Of a stretch of DNA of 57,787 nt, positions 1-9,557 are shown in pieces. This DNA is from a virus (taxonomy: Duplodnaviria; Caudoviricetes), in IMG/VR virus record IMGVR_UViG_3300044918_000111, positions 1-57,787 of that record. The stretch is one strand, 5' to 3'. Each line of letters begins with the position of its first letter. Positions within the stretch are counted from its first letter, which is position 1. The position numbers were made by a program, and so were the translations under genes. The notes below the pieces were generated by a model. It saw only the letters and a list, made by a program, of their open reading frames with translations, was not told where the DNA came from and ran no database searches.

Positions 1-309
1 ATGCCATCCCGTTCCCTGCATCCTGACGTCGCGCTCGGCGTGAAGCTGTCCGCGATCTGCTCCCGGAATCGGTACACGAAAGTCCCCGGCCCGGTGATCG
101 CCGAGTTGCGCGAGACTGCCGGCGGCCGTGACGACATCCTCGCTGACGAGGTCGGCCGGTGGATCGGGTTCTACGACTCACCCGAAACGCACGTGCTCGC
201 CGGAGCGCTACGGGCGGCATTCACGGACCTGAACCTGCAACCGCACATCGAACTCGGGCAGAAGCGCCGAGACGCACCGTGGCACTCGACGCCGCCCGCC
301 CGCCCGTAG
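1..309 (+). CDS. Hypothetical protein (prophage-end accessory gene)
   Basis: 102-aa ORF with plausible composition; its stop overlaps the -10 element of the next gene. Confidence 0.6.
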   Translation: MPSRSLHPDVALGVKLSAICSRNRYTKVPGPVIAELRETAGGRDDILADEVGRWIGFYDSPETHVLAGALRAAFTDLNLQPHIELGQKRRDAPWHSTPPARP

Positions 310-319
310 GCTGAGTCTC

Positions 320-595
320 ATGCTCATCGGCACCATCCGCCCCACCGAATCCGCCACCGTTGACGTCCAGGGAACATCCCTCGAAGACGTCTACGCCAAG
401 CTCGCAGAGCAGGCGCCAGCCGGGTTCGACCTCGTCTCCGCGCCGGTCAGGATGATCAAGGGTGCACCGTTGATGGAAGCGACCGCGACGTTCCACCGCC
501 GTGACGAGCCGACCGTGATCGAAGCTGAAGACATGGACGCGCTCACCGGGAAGGTGCCGGACGGGTGGCAGCTGCTCTCCGTCAGGGCCGTCTGA
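320..595 (+). CDS. Hypothetical protein, probably leaderless
   Basis: TAGGCT (307-312), 7 nt, ATG; 91 aa with two similar halves (…PAGFDLVS / …PDGWQLLS). Confidence 0.65.
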   Translation: MLIGTIRPTESATVDVQGTSLEDVYAKLAEQAPAGFDLVSAPVRMIKGAPLMEATATFHRRDEPTVIEAEDMDALTGKVPDGWQLLSVRAV

Positions 596-597
596 CC

Positions 598-774
598 TCA
601 GCGGACCTTCTCGTAGTCCTTGCCGTCATCGATCCAGCGGGTGTGCGAACGCAGGCCGTGGTGGACGCCCATGCGGATCGCGGAGTACAGCAGCAACCAG
701 CCGATGATGATCGCCAGCAACGCGCCCACAATGTAGACGACCCAGAGCAGAGCGACCTGTGATTCGAAGTCCAT
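598..774 (-). CDS. Small single-pass membrane protein, probably leaderless
   Basis: MDFESQVALLWVVYIVGALLAIIIGWLLLY…; TATGGT, 7 nt, ATG on the minus strand. Confidence 0.65.
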   Translation of the reverse strand: MDFESQVALLWVVYIVGALLAIIIGWLLLYSAIRMGVHHGLRSHTRWIDDGKDYEKVR

Positions 775-791
775 GGTTGCGACCATAGCGG

Positions 792-1049
792 GAACGACGA
801 AAGACCCCCACCGACCAGCCGTCGACGTCGAAGCTAGAGTGAGCGGCATGGAGCTGATCGGATTTGCGTTGGCGGCCGGCGCGGTCGTCGGCCTGGTGTG
901 GGCGTTCTGGAAATTCGTGGCCGGCATGGGCAAAGGGCCCAAGCCTGGCAGCGCGCTGGATCGGCGGATGACGCGGGTGCGCTGGTCGCGGGAGGACTTC
1001 GAGAGAGAGCGCGCGGAGCGCGGAGAAGGTTGAACGACGAAAGACCCCC
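792..1049 (+). repeat. 18-bp direct repeat GAACGACGAAAGACCCCC (792-809 and 1032-1049)
   Basis: Exact copies 240 bp apart, flanking ORF 848-1033. Confidence 0.9.
848..1033 (+). CDS. Small membrane protein, probably leaderless
   Basis: TAGAGT (835-840), 7 nt, ATG; N-terminal hydrophobic helix and charged tail. Confidence 0.6.
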   Translation: MELIGFALAAGAVVGLVWAFWKFVAGMGKGPKPGSALDRRMTRVRWSREDFERERAERGEG

Positions 1050-1081
1050 GCACGCTGGCTGATGCCAGGTGCGGGGGTCTT
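1041..1081. terminator. Intrinsic terminator-like hairpin
   Basis: 13-bp inverted repeat AAGACCCCCGCAC/GTGCGGGGGTCTT. Confidence 0.75.
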
Positions 1082-1145
1082 GTGTTCGCCCCTACGATCG
1101 GGGGCAGTGCGCGTCGATGGGGCGCGCTGAATGCAGGGATGTCTC

Positions 1146-1394
1146 ATGACCGAGTACCGTGTCGTCACGTTCACCCAGCCGACTCGCAAGTTCTTTGCCG
1201 AGAGCGTCGGGGCTGTGAGCGTTCAGACCTTAGATTTCGCTGGCTCGATTCCCGAGCTCGCTGAGCACATGGACGGGTGGGAAGCCGTGAACTTCCAACT
1301 CATCCCGAATGGCGAGGTCACCTACCTGTCGATCCTCCTCAAGACGGAACTCGCCGTTCCTGACCTCGAGCATCCGGTAGTGTCCGGGGCGTAG
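1146..1394 (+). CDS. Hypothetical accessory protein, convergent with the lysis cassette
   Basis: 82-aa ORF MTEYRVVTF…; candidate -10 TACGAT at 1093-1098. Confidence 0.6.
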   Translation: MTEYRVVTFTQPTRKFFAESVGAVSVQTLDFAGSIPELAEHMDGWEAVNFQLIPNGEVTYLSILLKTELAVPDLEHPVVSGA

Positions 1395-1453
1395 GTCAGC
1401 GGGGAGACTGATCCTCTGCCGTGCCGCGAGGTGTGTCGCCTGCACGGCCATGA

Positions 1454-1684
1454 TCAGGCGACATTCGCGGGTGCGGCCCACACGCCGGCGAAGCCGACAG
1501 CGAAACCGCCGACGACAGCACCGGCGATCAGCCAGCCGTCGCCGCCGTTGATCGCACCGTCAGCGAGTGCCGTGGTGAGTGCGGTCGAACCGGCCGCGAC
1601 AGCGCCGGTGACGCCGCCTGCGATGGCTTTCTTGGATCGTGCGAGGAACGACGGCGCGTCGGGGGTTGCGGGGGTGGTGCTCAT
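1454..1684 (-). CDS. Holin-like two-TM protein
   Basis: KKAIAGGV start, two hydrophobic segments, last gene of the lysis cassette. Confidence 0.7.
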   Translation of the reverse strand: MSTTPATPDAPSFLARSKKAIAGGVTGAVAAGSTALTTALADGAINGGDGWLIAGAVVGGFAVGFAGVWAAPANVA

Positions 1685-1995
1685 GGTGTGTCTCCAAGGG
1701 GGTCGGGTCGGCCGGGGTAGGCCGGGAGTTTGTCGTACGGGACGCCGTGTTCAGTGGCGACGACTCTGGTTTGGGAGAGTGCTTCCTGAAGTCGGCGTCG
1801 GTGTGCTGTCTCGAGGTCGAGGGCGAGGTTCGTTTTCGTGAGGTCGGCTCGGAGCCGGTCGACTTCGGTGCGGGCTTTCTGCGCCCGCCCGGTGATCGAT
1901 TTCGCGAGGGCTGTCCAGGCTTTCGGTGCGAGGTAGCCGACGCCGAGCATGGAGAGGATGCTGATGATGGTTGCTGGTGTGGACCATTCGCTCAT
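1681..1995 (-). CDS. Lysis-cassette membrane protein (TM plus coiled coil)
   Basis: MSEWSTPATIISILSMLGVG…; ATGA-coupled to its neighbours. Confidence 0.65.
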   Translation of the reverse strand: MSEWSTPATIISILSMLGVGYLAPKAWTALAKSITGRAQKARTEVDRLRADLTKTNLALDLETAHRRRLQEALSQTRVVATEHGVPYDKLPAYPGRPDPLGDTP

Positions 1996-2420
1996 ACGAT
2001 CCGTGCCTCCCGTGGCGCCCAGTCGTGCCCCCAGGTGACGACGGCACGAGAGATGAGCATGACCAGTCCCACGGTGAGGCCGGCGAGCTGCATGGCGCGT
2101 GAGCCCTCGGAGGTGAAGTGTGCGTAGGCGGTGGCGACGACGTATCCGCCGACGCCGAGGGACATGAATCCTATGCCGACGCGTTCGAGTGCGTACCAGC
2201 CGGACGGTGCCGAGTAGGCGGCGAGGGCGGCTCCGAGGAGGAGGAGGATCGCGATGCCTGCGGTGACGATGGGGCCGATGTCGCCGAGGACTGACAGGGG
2301 CGGTTCGGTGAGCGCCCAGAACGCCAGCGCCGCGATGAGTACGTACCCAGTGAAGAACACCACGGGGATACGTTTCGGTTCGTACACCTTCGCCCACAGG
2401 CGAGCGATGAGCGCGCGCAT
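1992..2420 (-). CDS. Four-TM membrane protein (holin-associated)
   Basis: MRALIARLWAKV…, four hydrophobic helices, directly after the endolysin. Confidence 0.7.
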   Translation of the reverse strand: MRALIARLWAKVYEPKRIPVVFFTGYVLIAALAFWALTEPPLSVLGDIGPIVTAGIAILLLLGAALAAYSAPSGWYALERVGIGFMSLGVGGYVVATAYAHFTSEGSRAMQLAGLTVGLVMLISRAVVTWGHDWAPREARIV

Positions 2421-3235
2421 CAGGTGATCTTCATGCCGCGGAATGTGGCGGACTTCACGGTGAAGTCGAACGCGGCACCGCCGATCTCGAACGACAGTCG
2501 CTGGTCGGCTCGCAGGGCACAGTTCACCGCGACTTCGCCGAGCGTTTCCCCGCCGGTGAAGATCGTCTCGCGTGCCCGGAGCGAGACACGCTCGATCTCC
2601 TTGCCGGCCTTGTAGGTGCGCACCACGGGGGTGACCTGCACGGCCCCGGCGTACGCTTTCCCGCCCGTGAGCGCGAAGGCGAGGTTGCCGGAGACGTGCT
2701 TCGCGAGGCCGCGGGCGACCGTGACGTCCTTCTTGTCGTTGATGTGCAGGTTCACCTTCTGCCCGGCCTTGACGGGCTGGCCGCCCTTCTTGCCGAACGC
2801 GGTGTGCAGGTCTTCTACGGTCATGTCGTCCTCCAGGGCGGCGGGTTCGGGGTCGTTGCGGTGGTTGTCGAGGTTCGGGAAGTGTTCGCCGTGCCAGGGC
2901 TCGTCCCGGTCGTCGTTGTAGCGGGCGGTCTGCCGCCACCCGTGGTCACGCCACACTGCCGCCGCTGCGGCGTTGTACCAGTCGTCGGAGTCGGCGGCGT
3001 TGCCCCAGCAGTGCACCGACTGGGATGCGGGGAGCGCGTACGGTGCCCACGGGCCGCCGTTCTGGTAGGCGATCCACTTCCGGTAGTTCTCATCGGCCTT
3101 CTCCGGGGACCGGCCCGCCTCGTTGATGTCAGCGGGCCGGCCCAGGGCACGGTCGATGCGACGGATCGACGCGGCCGCGGTCGGGGATGCCCAGCCGCGG
3201 CCGTGGCCGAGGTCGACCTTCACCAGGCCGCCCAT
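2420..3235 (-). CDS. Endolysin, M15-type zinc peptidase domain
   Basis: SVHCWGNAAD (SxHxxGxAxD) and EPWH motifs; position between tail and holin genes. Confidence 0.8.
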   Translation of the reverse strand: MGGLVKVDLGHGRGWASPTAAASIRRIDRALGRPADINEAGRSPEKADENYRKWIAYQNGGPWAPYALPASQSVHCWGNAADSDDWYNAAAAAVWRDHGWRQTARYNDDRDEPWHGEHFPNLDNHRNDPEPAALEDDMTVEDLHTAFGKKGGQPVKAGQKVNLHINDKKDVTVARGLAKHVSGNLAFALTGGKAYAGAVQVTPVVRTYKAGKEIERVSLRARETIFTGGETLGEVAVNCALRADQRLSFEIGGAAFDFTVKSATFRGMKIT

Positions 3236-3486
3236 CAGCTCTGCTCCTGCCGGAGGTCGCGCACGGCGTCCGTGATCATCTCGTCGGTGATCGCCGCCGC
3301 CCGGTCGTGGTCGTCGTCGGGGGCTTCCCACGCGTCAGCCCACCCGGGGCGGGCGGCGAGCTCCCATGCGTGGTCGGCGGCCCACTGCTCCGGGGAGCCG
3401 GGGACACCCTCGACGACCACGCATGCGGTGACACGTTGGCGGATACTTGCGTCGCCCTGAATCTGGGCGATCGTTGCATAGGTCAC
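3235..3486 (-). CDS. Hypothetical protein between tail and lysis genes
   Basis: GTG start (TYATIAQIQGD…), coupled to the endolysin. Confidence 0.6.
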   Translation of the reverse strand: MTYATIAQIQGDASIRQRVTACVVVEGVPGSPEQWAADHAWELAARPGWADAWEAPDDDHDRAAAITDEMITDAVRDLRQEQS

Positions 3487-3514
3487 GATGACCCCTTTCC
3501 ATAGATCGGCTGGC

Positions 3515-5065
3515 TCACAGCCGCGCCATCGAGAAGTACGACTTACCCACCTCGGTGTCCGTACCGATCGCCGCACCCGACGACTGGTACGCGGCCACCG
3601 ACACCACATCGCCGACGTTCAGCCGCACCACGGTCGTGATGGACGGAATCGTCGGGTAGGTGGCGTTCGCGGGCACGAGCTGCGGCGACATCGCATACTG
3701 GCTGCCGTTCAGTTCGAGGCGGATCGTGCGCTGACCTGTCGTGTTCGTCCCGAGCATCGCGACCTGTGTCGACACGAGATACAGGCCCGCGACCGTCGCA
3801 GTGAACGTCCCCGACGTGCCGTAGGTGACGCCGTTCAGGTCAACCGCGGTCGGCCAGGTGATCGTCGTCCATGAGATGTTCGGGATGCTCTGACTGGTCT
3901 GTTTGTTCCGGGTCGCGACCGACGGGAGCGCGGCCATGGCTGTCGCGAGGGATGTTTCGTCGATGACCGCTTTGCCGTCGTTCTGGTAGATCTGGCAGAA
4001 CACGTCAAGCGTGCCGCGTTCCCACATCTTCCCGACGCCCATGGTGCCTTCGCCCCAGTCCATGAGCACGCCGCCCTTGGATACGAACGTGACCGCGGCC
4101 GTCGCGCCGAACAGGTCGGTCACGTCGACGCGCACCTCGTAGGCGGTGCCCATCGGGAACCCGGAGGGGGTGACGGTGGAGGTGGGAGCGAGGCTGGTCG
4201 AACTCGTCGCGGACGACCTGGTTGTCCATGTCGATCCACCACGCGGGCGAGTCCGCAGCGTCCAGGTGGTGCGGTTCTTCTGCGTGCCGACAGTCAGGCC
4301 GGTCGCGGAAGCGGTGAACGACATGCGCAGGTAGGTGCCGTTGTCGTCCTCGACGCCGCTGGAGGTGGCCCGGTAGGCGATCAGGTTGGTGATCTTCGGC
4401 GCCGAGTAGGCGAGGACGGTGATCGTCTCCGTGCGGGTGGCGGTCTGGCCGCGGCTCGTGGTGATCGTGCCTTTCACCGTGATCGTGCCCGCGTTCGCGA
4501 GCGCCGGCGTCTGCCCCGCCAGCGACGGGAAGGTCACGCCCTCGATCTCGAGCTTCGCCGCCGCGATGGTCGCACCCGCACCAGCGGACGCCACCATGTT
4601 CCACTTCAACGTCGACACGCCTTGCACGTACGCGCCGATCGCCGCCGCCGTGACCGCCGCATTCCCCTCGGACAGGCCGAGGGATGAGATGGATGGCACG
4701 TCGGATGCGGACGGGAAGATCTGCGCCGACACCTGCCGGTAGCCGAGGTAGTTCGCCCCGGTGCCGCTGAACGGCGGCGCCGACCAGGAATGCAGGGTGA
4801 GCCCGAAGAACGGGGCCGACCCCATGAACCCGCCCCCGCCAGTCGGAACCGTGATCGTGGTTCCGTTGGCGATGGGGCGGGTCGATGAGGGCGCACCTTG
4901 CGGGACGGCCAGTGCGGTGTCTCCCGCGCCCTGACCGGCACCGTTGCTGAACCCGTAGTCGTACGTGTGGTAGACGGTCGGGTCGGGGCTGACGAGGGTG
5001 ACGGTGATCGTCTCCCCGCGAATATAGTTCGCCTTCGAGATCGTGATATCGGTGGGATTCGCCAC
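3515..5065 (-). CDS. Minor tail protein / receptor-binding candidate
   Basis: 516 aa, Thr/Gly-rich beta composition, C-terminal C1q/TNF-like segment (GTFTATVAGLYLV…LNVGDVVSV). Confidence 0.7.
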   Translation of the reverse strand: MANPTDITISKANYIRGETITVTLVSPDPTVYHTYDYGFSNGAGQGAGDTALAVPQGAPSSTRPIANGTTITVPTGGGGFMGSAPFFGLTLHSWSAPPFSGTGANYLGYRQVSAQIFPSASDVPSISSLGLSEGNAAVTAAAIGAYVQGVSTLKWNMVASAGAGATIAAAKLEIEGVTFPSLAGQTPALANAGTITVKGTITTSRGQTATRTETITVLAYSAPKITNLIAYRATSSGVEDDNGTYLRMSFTASATGLTVGTQKNRTTWTLRTRPRGGSTWTTRSSATSSTSLAPTSTVTPSGFPMGTAYEVRVDVTDLFGATAAVTFVSKGGVLMDWGEGTMGVGKMWERGTLDVFCQIYQNDGKAVIDETSLATAMAALPSVATRNKQTSQSIPNISWTTITWPTAVDLNGVTYGTSGTFTATVAGLYLVSTQVAMLGTNTTGQRTIRLELNGSQYAMSPQLVPANATYPTIPSITTVVRLNVGDVVSVAAYQSSGAAIGTDTEVGKSYFSMARL

Positions 5066-8000
5066 TACATGCTCCTGACGATTGTCCGCGCGCCGCGCGT
5101 CTCGATCTTGTGATTCGCGAGCACGACTTCCTCACCGACAAACGACTTCACGATCATCTGGCCCCCGTCCCACAGCGACACCGGCACGTCGTTCTGTAGG
5201 AACGAGATCCCCGTGTCGGAGATCGACAACTCGGACGCAGCGCCCGGCTGCCCGATGCGCAGATCCGTGTCGTTGAAGCGGTAGTAGCGTCCAAGATTCT
5301 CGTTCGCCGAGATCGCGGCCGCCGCGTTCGCTGCAGCCTCAGCGGCACGCTCAGCAGTCACCCCATTAGCGATACCGGCGTTCTCTGCAACGCGTGCGGC
5401 CTGTGTCGCAGCGTCGAGCGCGTTCGCCGCGTTGCCCGTGAGCAGGGTGATCGAACCGGATGCGGAGATATCCAGGTTGGCCCCGAAGTTCGGGGTCACC
5501 ATGTCAACGGAGACCTTCCCGAAGTTGCCCTCGTTCGCCCAGAACTTATCCGCGAAACCCTGATCCATCACGATCAGCGCCGCAGTGATGGAACCCGCCG
5601 CAATGATGTCCTGCGCGTACAGAACCTGCGGACGCCACTGAGAGCCGTTCCACACCTTGATCGCCACCACCGACGTGCCAGCCTCATTGAGCTGCAACCA
5701 CAGATCGCCCTGGACGAACGGCTTCTCGACGCTGCCTGCGAAGAGCGCCGCCGAGTCCGTGTCGATGCGGTCACCGATCTGGTACGTGCCGACCGTGGGC
5801 AGAAGCCCGGTCTGTGTACCGGAACCCGAACCGGCACCCCCGGTAAGCCGCACGTCCGTCCACTCACCCTGCGGGAGCGTAACTTCAGGGCCGTTCGCGC
5901 CGCGGATTCGCGGACGGGCGCGAAGCTCACGGTCCTTCGGTCGAACCTTCATGAACAGCGTGTACGTCACGCCGGTAGTCGGCGAGATCGCTTGCGGGTT
6001 GATGCCGATGGCACCCGCGGTTAGCGCGACGCTTCGCGCCAACTTCGCCCCGGAAGCCGGGGTGTCCGACGACTGGTATGTTGCGGTTTGGGAGGCGGAG
6101 TCAGCCCACCCCAAGGGCTTTGCGCCGGTCAGGATCGACTCGCTCGCGTTCGCTGCGCCCGTCCAGGACGGCGTAAAGTCCGGGTCGGGGCTGTAGGAGC
6201 CGCAGTACCAGTCGCGCGACGTGGGTGCCTTTTCGGCGAGCCCATCCCCGGCCATGATCCATGCCCCGACAGCCGGGAGGCCCCAACCGGCAAGAATCGG
6301 ATCACCCGAACCGCTGGCAGTGAAGGTCGCAGTCAGCCATGCCGTGAACGTGCCATCACCGTGGTCGATGGTTCCGCGAACTTCAGTCCGGGCCGGAGGC
6401 GCAGTACCGCCCATGGCGACAGATGGAGATTGTGGCATACCGGAAGCGGCATACCGGAATGAGAATGTCCACACCTCGCCAGCGGCGAAGTTGAGCCCGC
6501 CCGACGCCGTGCTGATATACATCCCACCCGCGTTTACCGGCGCAGTCGTCCACGTTGCCTTCCTCGCCTGCGGAGCCTTGAACCGAGGATCGGCCATGTC
6601 GATCGTACTGACGACACCATCCGTGCCCGCGGTGAACGTCCACGGCGTACCCACGCCCGAGTATGCACGCTTCCAGTAGTTCCGTCTGACCTCGACAGTC
6701 CCCGCCGCATCCTCGAATGACCCGTTGGTGAACAGGTTGTCGCCGGGTGAGTCCTTCTGCATGTAGATGCGGTTCTTACCGTCAGCGGTCTGCAACGCGC
6801 GGATAGCTTCAACGGCTGCCGCTTCCGCAGCAGCTTGTGCCACTTCCGCCGCAGCCTGCGCGGTCGCCGCTTTCGCTTCGGCTGCTACCTGCGCCGCGTT
6901 CGCTTTCGCGGACGCGTCCGCCGCCGCTGCAGCCTTCGCCGCCGCTTCAGCCGCTGCCGCCTTCGCCGTGGCATCCCCGGACGCCGCAGCGATTGCCGCA
7001 AGGCGCGCCGCCTCGGCCTCCGCGTCCGCGTACGCCTTCGCCGCCGCCTCCGCCGCGGCTGACTTCGACGTAGCATCCGCCGACGCCTGAGCAGCCGCCG
7101 ACTGCGCATCCGCCGCCGCGACACCTGCCGCCGTCGCATCCGACTGCGCCTGATCAATCGCGTCGATGATCGCACCGTCGAGATCGGGCATGTCGATGCC
7201 CTTGACGGTGATCTGCCGCTGATCGGAGACGTTCGACACGCGCCCGAGGGTGTCTACCCAGCGGAGGCGGGCCTGCACGATGTCGCCGATGGCGGCGCGC
7301 ACCTGCCCGACCTGCCCAGCACCCTGCGACAGTGGCCCGACAGCGCGGACGAACGTGCCCGTGGTGCCGATGCGGTACTCGGCGAACACGCCCTGCGACC
7401 CGGCGGGCATCGGCCCGTCAGACAGCATCCCGTCCCAGCCGATGAACACGCCGCCGCCGCCCGTGGTGAGGGTCGGTGGGGTCGGTTTGGTCGTCACGTG
7501 TGCGGGGACGGCCGGGGTGACGGTGATGTCCTCGGACCATTCGCCGACGGTGAACCCGAGACGGGCGCGCACACGCACAGTGCGCTCAGCGGCGGGTGCC
7601 CATGCGGTCGTCGTGAACGACTCGACATCGGACTGACCGTCGATGACCGACTCGCCGCCGAAGGTCGACTCGATGTCATACCCGGTGGTGATCAGGTCAG
7701 CCCCGGTGATGTCCTCCGTCACTGCATCCCAGGTGAGGGTGACGGTGGAGACGACAAGCCCGGACGGCCCGTACGATCCCACGTTCGAGGTCACGGTCAG
7801 TCCGGTGGGGGCGTCCGGGATCAGGGTGAGGTCGTCGAGCTCGTCACGCATCTGGTCAGCCAGGTCACCCTGACCGTCCTCGATGTCACCGAGAGCTTCT
7901 TCGACAGACCCCTGCAGGTCATCCACGAGGGAGATTGCCTCAGCGCCCTGCCCGATCGCGTCGGGCACCGGAACATCGGCGCCCTCGACGTTCAGGGTGG

Positions 8001-8091
8001 AGCGGGAGATCTGCGACGCCCGCCCGAGGGCACGCTGCGCCTTCTCCACCTTCGCGATGCGACGGGCCAGTTCAACGGCGGAAGAGTCCAT
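5065..8091 (-). CDS. Large minor tail protein (FN3-like repeats, Ala-rich coiled coil, CBM-like segments)
   Basis: PDAPTGL…TLTWDAV, NLFTNGSFE, long Ala-rich helix; tail module. Confidence 0.75.
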   Translation of the reverse strand: MDSSAVELARRIAKVEKAQRALGRASQISRSTLNVEGADVPVPDAIGQGAEAISLVDDLQGSVEEALGDIEDGQGDLADQMRDELDDLTLIPDAPTGLTVTSNVGSYGPSGLVVSTVTLTWDAVTEDITGADLITTGYDIESTFGGESVIDGQSDVESFTTTAWAPAAERTVRVRARLGFTVGEWSEDITVTPAVPAHVTTKPTPPTLTTGGGGVFIGWDGMLSDGPMPAGSQGVFAEYRIGTTGTFVRAVGPLSQGAGQVGQVRAAIGDIVQARLRWVDTLGRVSNVSDQRQITVKGIDMPDLDGAIIDAIDQAQSDATAAGVAAADAQSAAAQASADATSKSAAAEAAAKAYADAEAEAARLAAIAAASGDATAKAAAAEAAAKAAAAADASAKANAAQVAAEAKAATAQAAAEVAQAAAEAAAVEAIRALQTADGKNRIYMQKDSPGDNLFTNGSFEDAAGTVEVRRNYWKRAYSGVGTPWTFTAGTDGVVSTIDMADPRFKAPQARKATWTTAPVNAGGMYISTASGGLNFAAGEVWTFSFRYAASGMPQSPSVAMGGTAPPARTEVRGTIDHGDGTFTAWLTATFTASGSGDPILAGWGLPAVGAWIMAGDGLAEKAPTSRDWYCGSYSPDPDFTPSWTGAANASESILTGAKPLGWADSASQTATYQSSDTPASGAKLARSVALTAGAIGINPQAISPTTGVTYTLFMKVRPKDRELRARPRIRGANGPEVTLPQGEWTDVRLTGGAGSGSGTQTGLLPTVGTYQIGDRIDTDSAALFAGSVEKPFVQGDLWLQLNEAGTSVVAIKVWNGSQWRPQVLYAQDIIAAGSITAALIVMDQGFADKFWANEGNFGKVSVDMVTPNFGANLDISASGSITLLTGNAANALDAATQAARVAENAGIANGVTAERAAEAAANAAAAISANENLGRYYRFNDTDLRIGQPGAASELSISDTGISFLQNDVPVSLWDGGQMIVKSFVGEEVVLANHKIETRGARTIVRSM

Positions 8092-8108
8092 CCCGGACCC
8101 CCTTCTGT

Positions 8109-9557
8109 CTATGCGCCGTACGTGAACGTGTCCGAGCGCTCCAAAGTGAGTTGTGCGGTGGAGTCGGTGAGCAACTCCCAGCCGACGACCCGATGCCAGA
8201 TCGACACGTCCCCGAGCCACGGGAGGGTGGCCTGCACGAGAATGTCGTCCCCGAGCTGCCATGACCCGATCCGGGCGTGCGGGTGATCCCGTACCGTGAT
8301 GTTCGGGATCGTGAGGGGCTGCTGGCGGCGGATACGCTCATCACGGATCAACGCATCCAGGCGGGTCGCTTTCGCGACATCCTTCACCGCGAGCACGTAC
8401 GGGCGACGCAACCGGCCATCCCTGACCGCTGTCGTCCGCCTGAGCGACCCGGCACCCTCTCCGGCACCGAGCCCGATGACCTCGTTCGCGAACGCGTCAC
8501 CGTCCCGCACCGGGTCGGCAATCGCGGTCACGTTCTCCCCGAGAGTGAAGGCGAGGTCGTCGCGGCGGCGGCCGGCACGCGGATAGTGCACGGTGACGGT
8601 GTGCGTGACATCCGTGCGGTCAGCGTTCCACGTGTGCGTCTCGGTGAAGTCGAACGGCGTCTCCCGTGCGAGGGAGTCGATCTCGTCGCCGACGTCGGGA
8701 GAATCCCACCAGTCGAGCTTGTACGCGCCGCCGTCCGCGTCCTCGGCTTCCTTCGCGAGCCGCTTCGTCTCCGCCCGGGCGTCGAGCACATCCTTGAGCG
8801 GTTTGACGATGTCGGCCTGAGCTTTCTTCGACGCCGCCCGAGCATCCACGACCGTCTTCTGCGCCGCCGCGACAGCCTTGGCCGTGTTGTACGCCGCCTG
8901 AGCCGCCGCGATCTGACCCGCGTTGCCCGTCTTCTTCGCCGCCGTGAGCGCCTTCGACTTCGCCGTCCGGTCGGCGACCAGCGGCGAATACGCCTTCCGG
9001 GCCGCCGTCTCGGACGCCTGCCGAGACTTCAACACCGCATTCGCGGCGTCGTACGCCGCCTTCGCCGCCTCCCACGCGGTCGTCGCCGCCTGCAGCTTCG
9101 CCGTCGAATCCGTACCGATCCGCAGCGACGTCGAACCCTTCACCATCACACCAAGGTCACTGTCCGGATAGGACTGGACGTGCGCCCACAGGTCACGGAC
9201 GATCTGCGCCGGGTCGGCCTGTGCGAGCGCCAACGAACCGCCGTAGGGGATGCCGAACGGGTAGGTTGTGAACCCGGCCGCCTCGATCCGCCACCGGGAG
9301 CCCTCGAACCGGGATGAGATGACGATCCCGCCGCCGCGAATGATGCCGTCCGCTTCGATGTAGATCAGCGACGACCACTCATCCAGCAGCGGCTTCCCGT
9401 CCTGTGCGAGCATCCCGCCGATGTCCGGGGCCACCGACCCGGCCAGGATGCCCGGGGCAGACAGCGCCCACGAGCACGAGTCCCGGGTGAGCGGGAGATC
9501 GGTGTGCAGCCATTCCTTCGTGCCGGCCCGCTGCACGAGATACCGCCACGTCGACAT
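8109..9557 (-). CDS. Minor tail (baseplate hub-type) protein
   Basis: Tail-module synteny; FANEVIGLGAGEG and WQLGDDI motifs; internal Ala/Lys coiled coil. Confidence 0.7.
   Translation of the reverse strand: MSTWRYLVQRAGTKEWLHTDLPLTRDSCSWALSAPGILAGSVAPDIGGMLAQDGKPLLDEWSSLIYIEADGIIRGGGIVISSRFEGSRWRIEAAGFTTYPFGIPYGGSLALAQADPAQIVRDLWAHVQSYPDSDLGVMVKGSTSLRIGTDSTAKLQAATTAWEAAKAAYDAANAVLKSRQASETAARKAYSPLVADRTAKSKALTAAKKTGNAGQIAAAQAAYNTAKAVAAAQKTVVDARAASKKAQADIVKPLKDVLDARAETKRLAKEAEDADGGAYKLDWWDSPDVGDEIDSLARETPFDFTETHTWNADRTDVTHTVTVHYPRAGRRRDDLAFTLGENVTAIADPVRDGDAFANEVIGLGAGEGAGSLRRTTAVRDGRLRRPYVLAVKDVAKATRLDALIRDERIRRQQPLTIPNITVRDHPHARIGSWQLGDDILVQATLPWLGDVSIWHRVVGWELLTDSTAQLTLERSDTFTYGA

Noticed and set aside
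1-1450. Left att site
   Set aside because: I could not find a copy of the nrdF 3' end or the GTGGGCAAA repeats; it probably lies left of the window.
6810-7150. GCC-rich low-complexity DNA as a repeat element
   Set aside because: Explained by the Ala-rich coiled coil of the tail protein.
3515-8091. Diversity-generating retroelement or invertible tail-fibre system
   Set aside because: No reverse transcriptase or invertase gene, and no template/variable repeat pair was seen.
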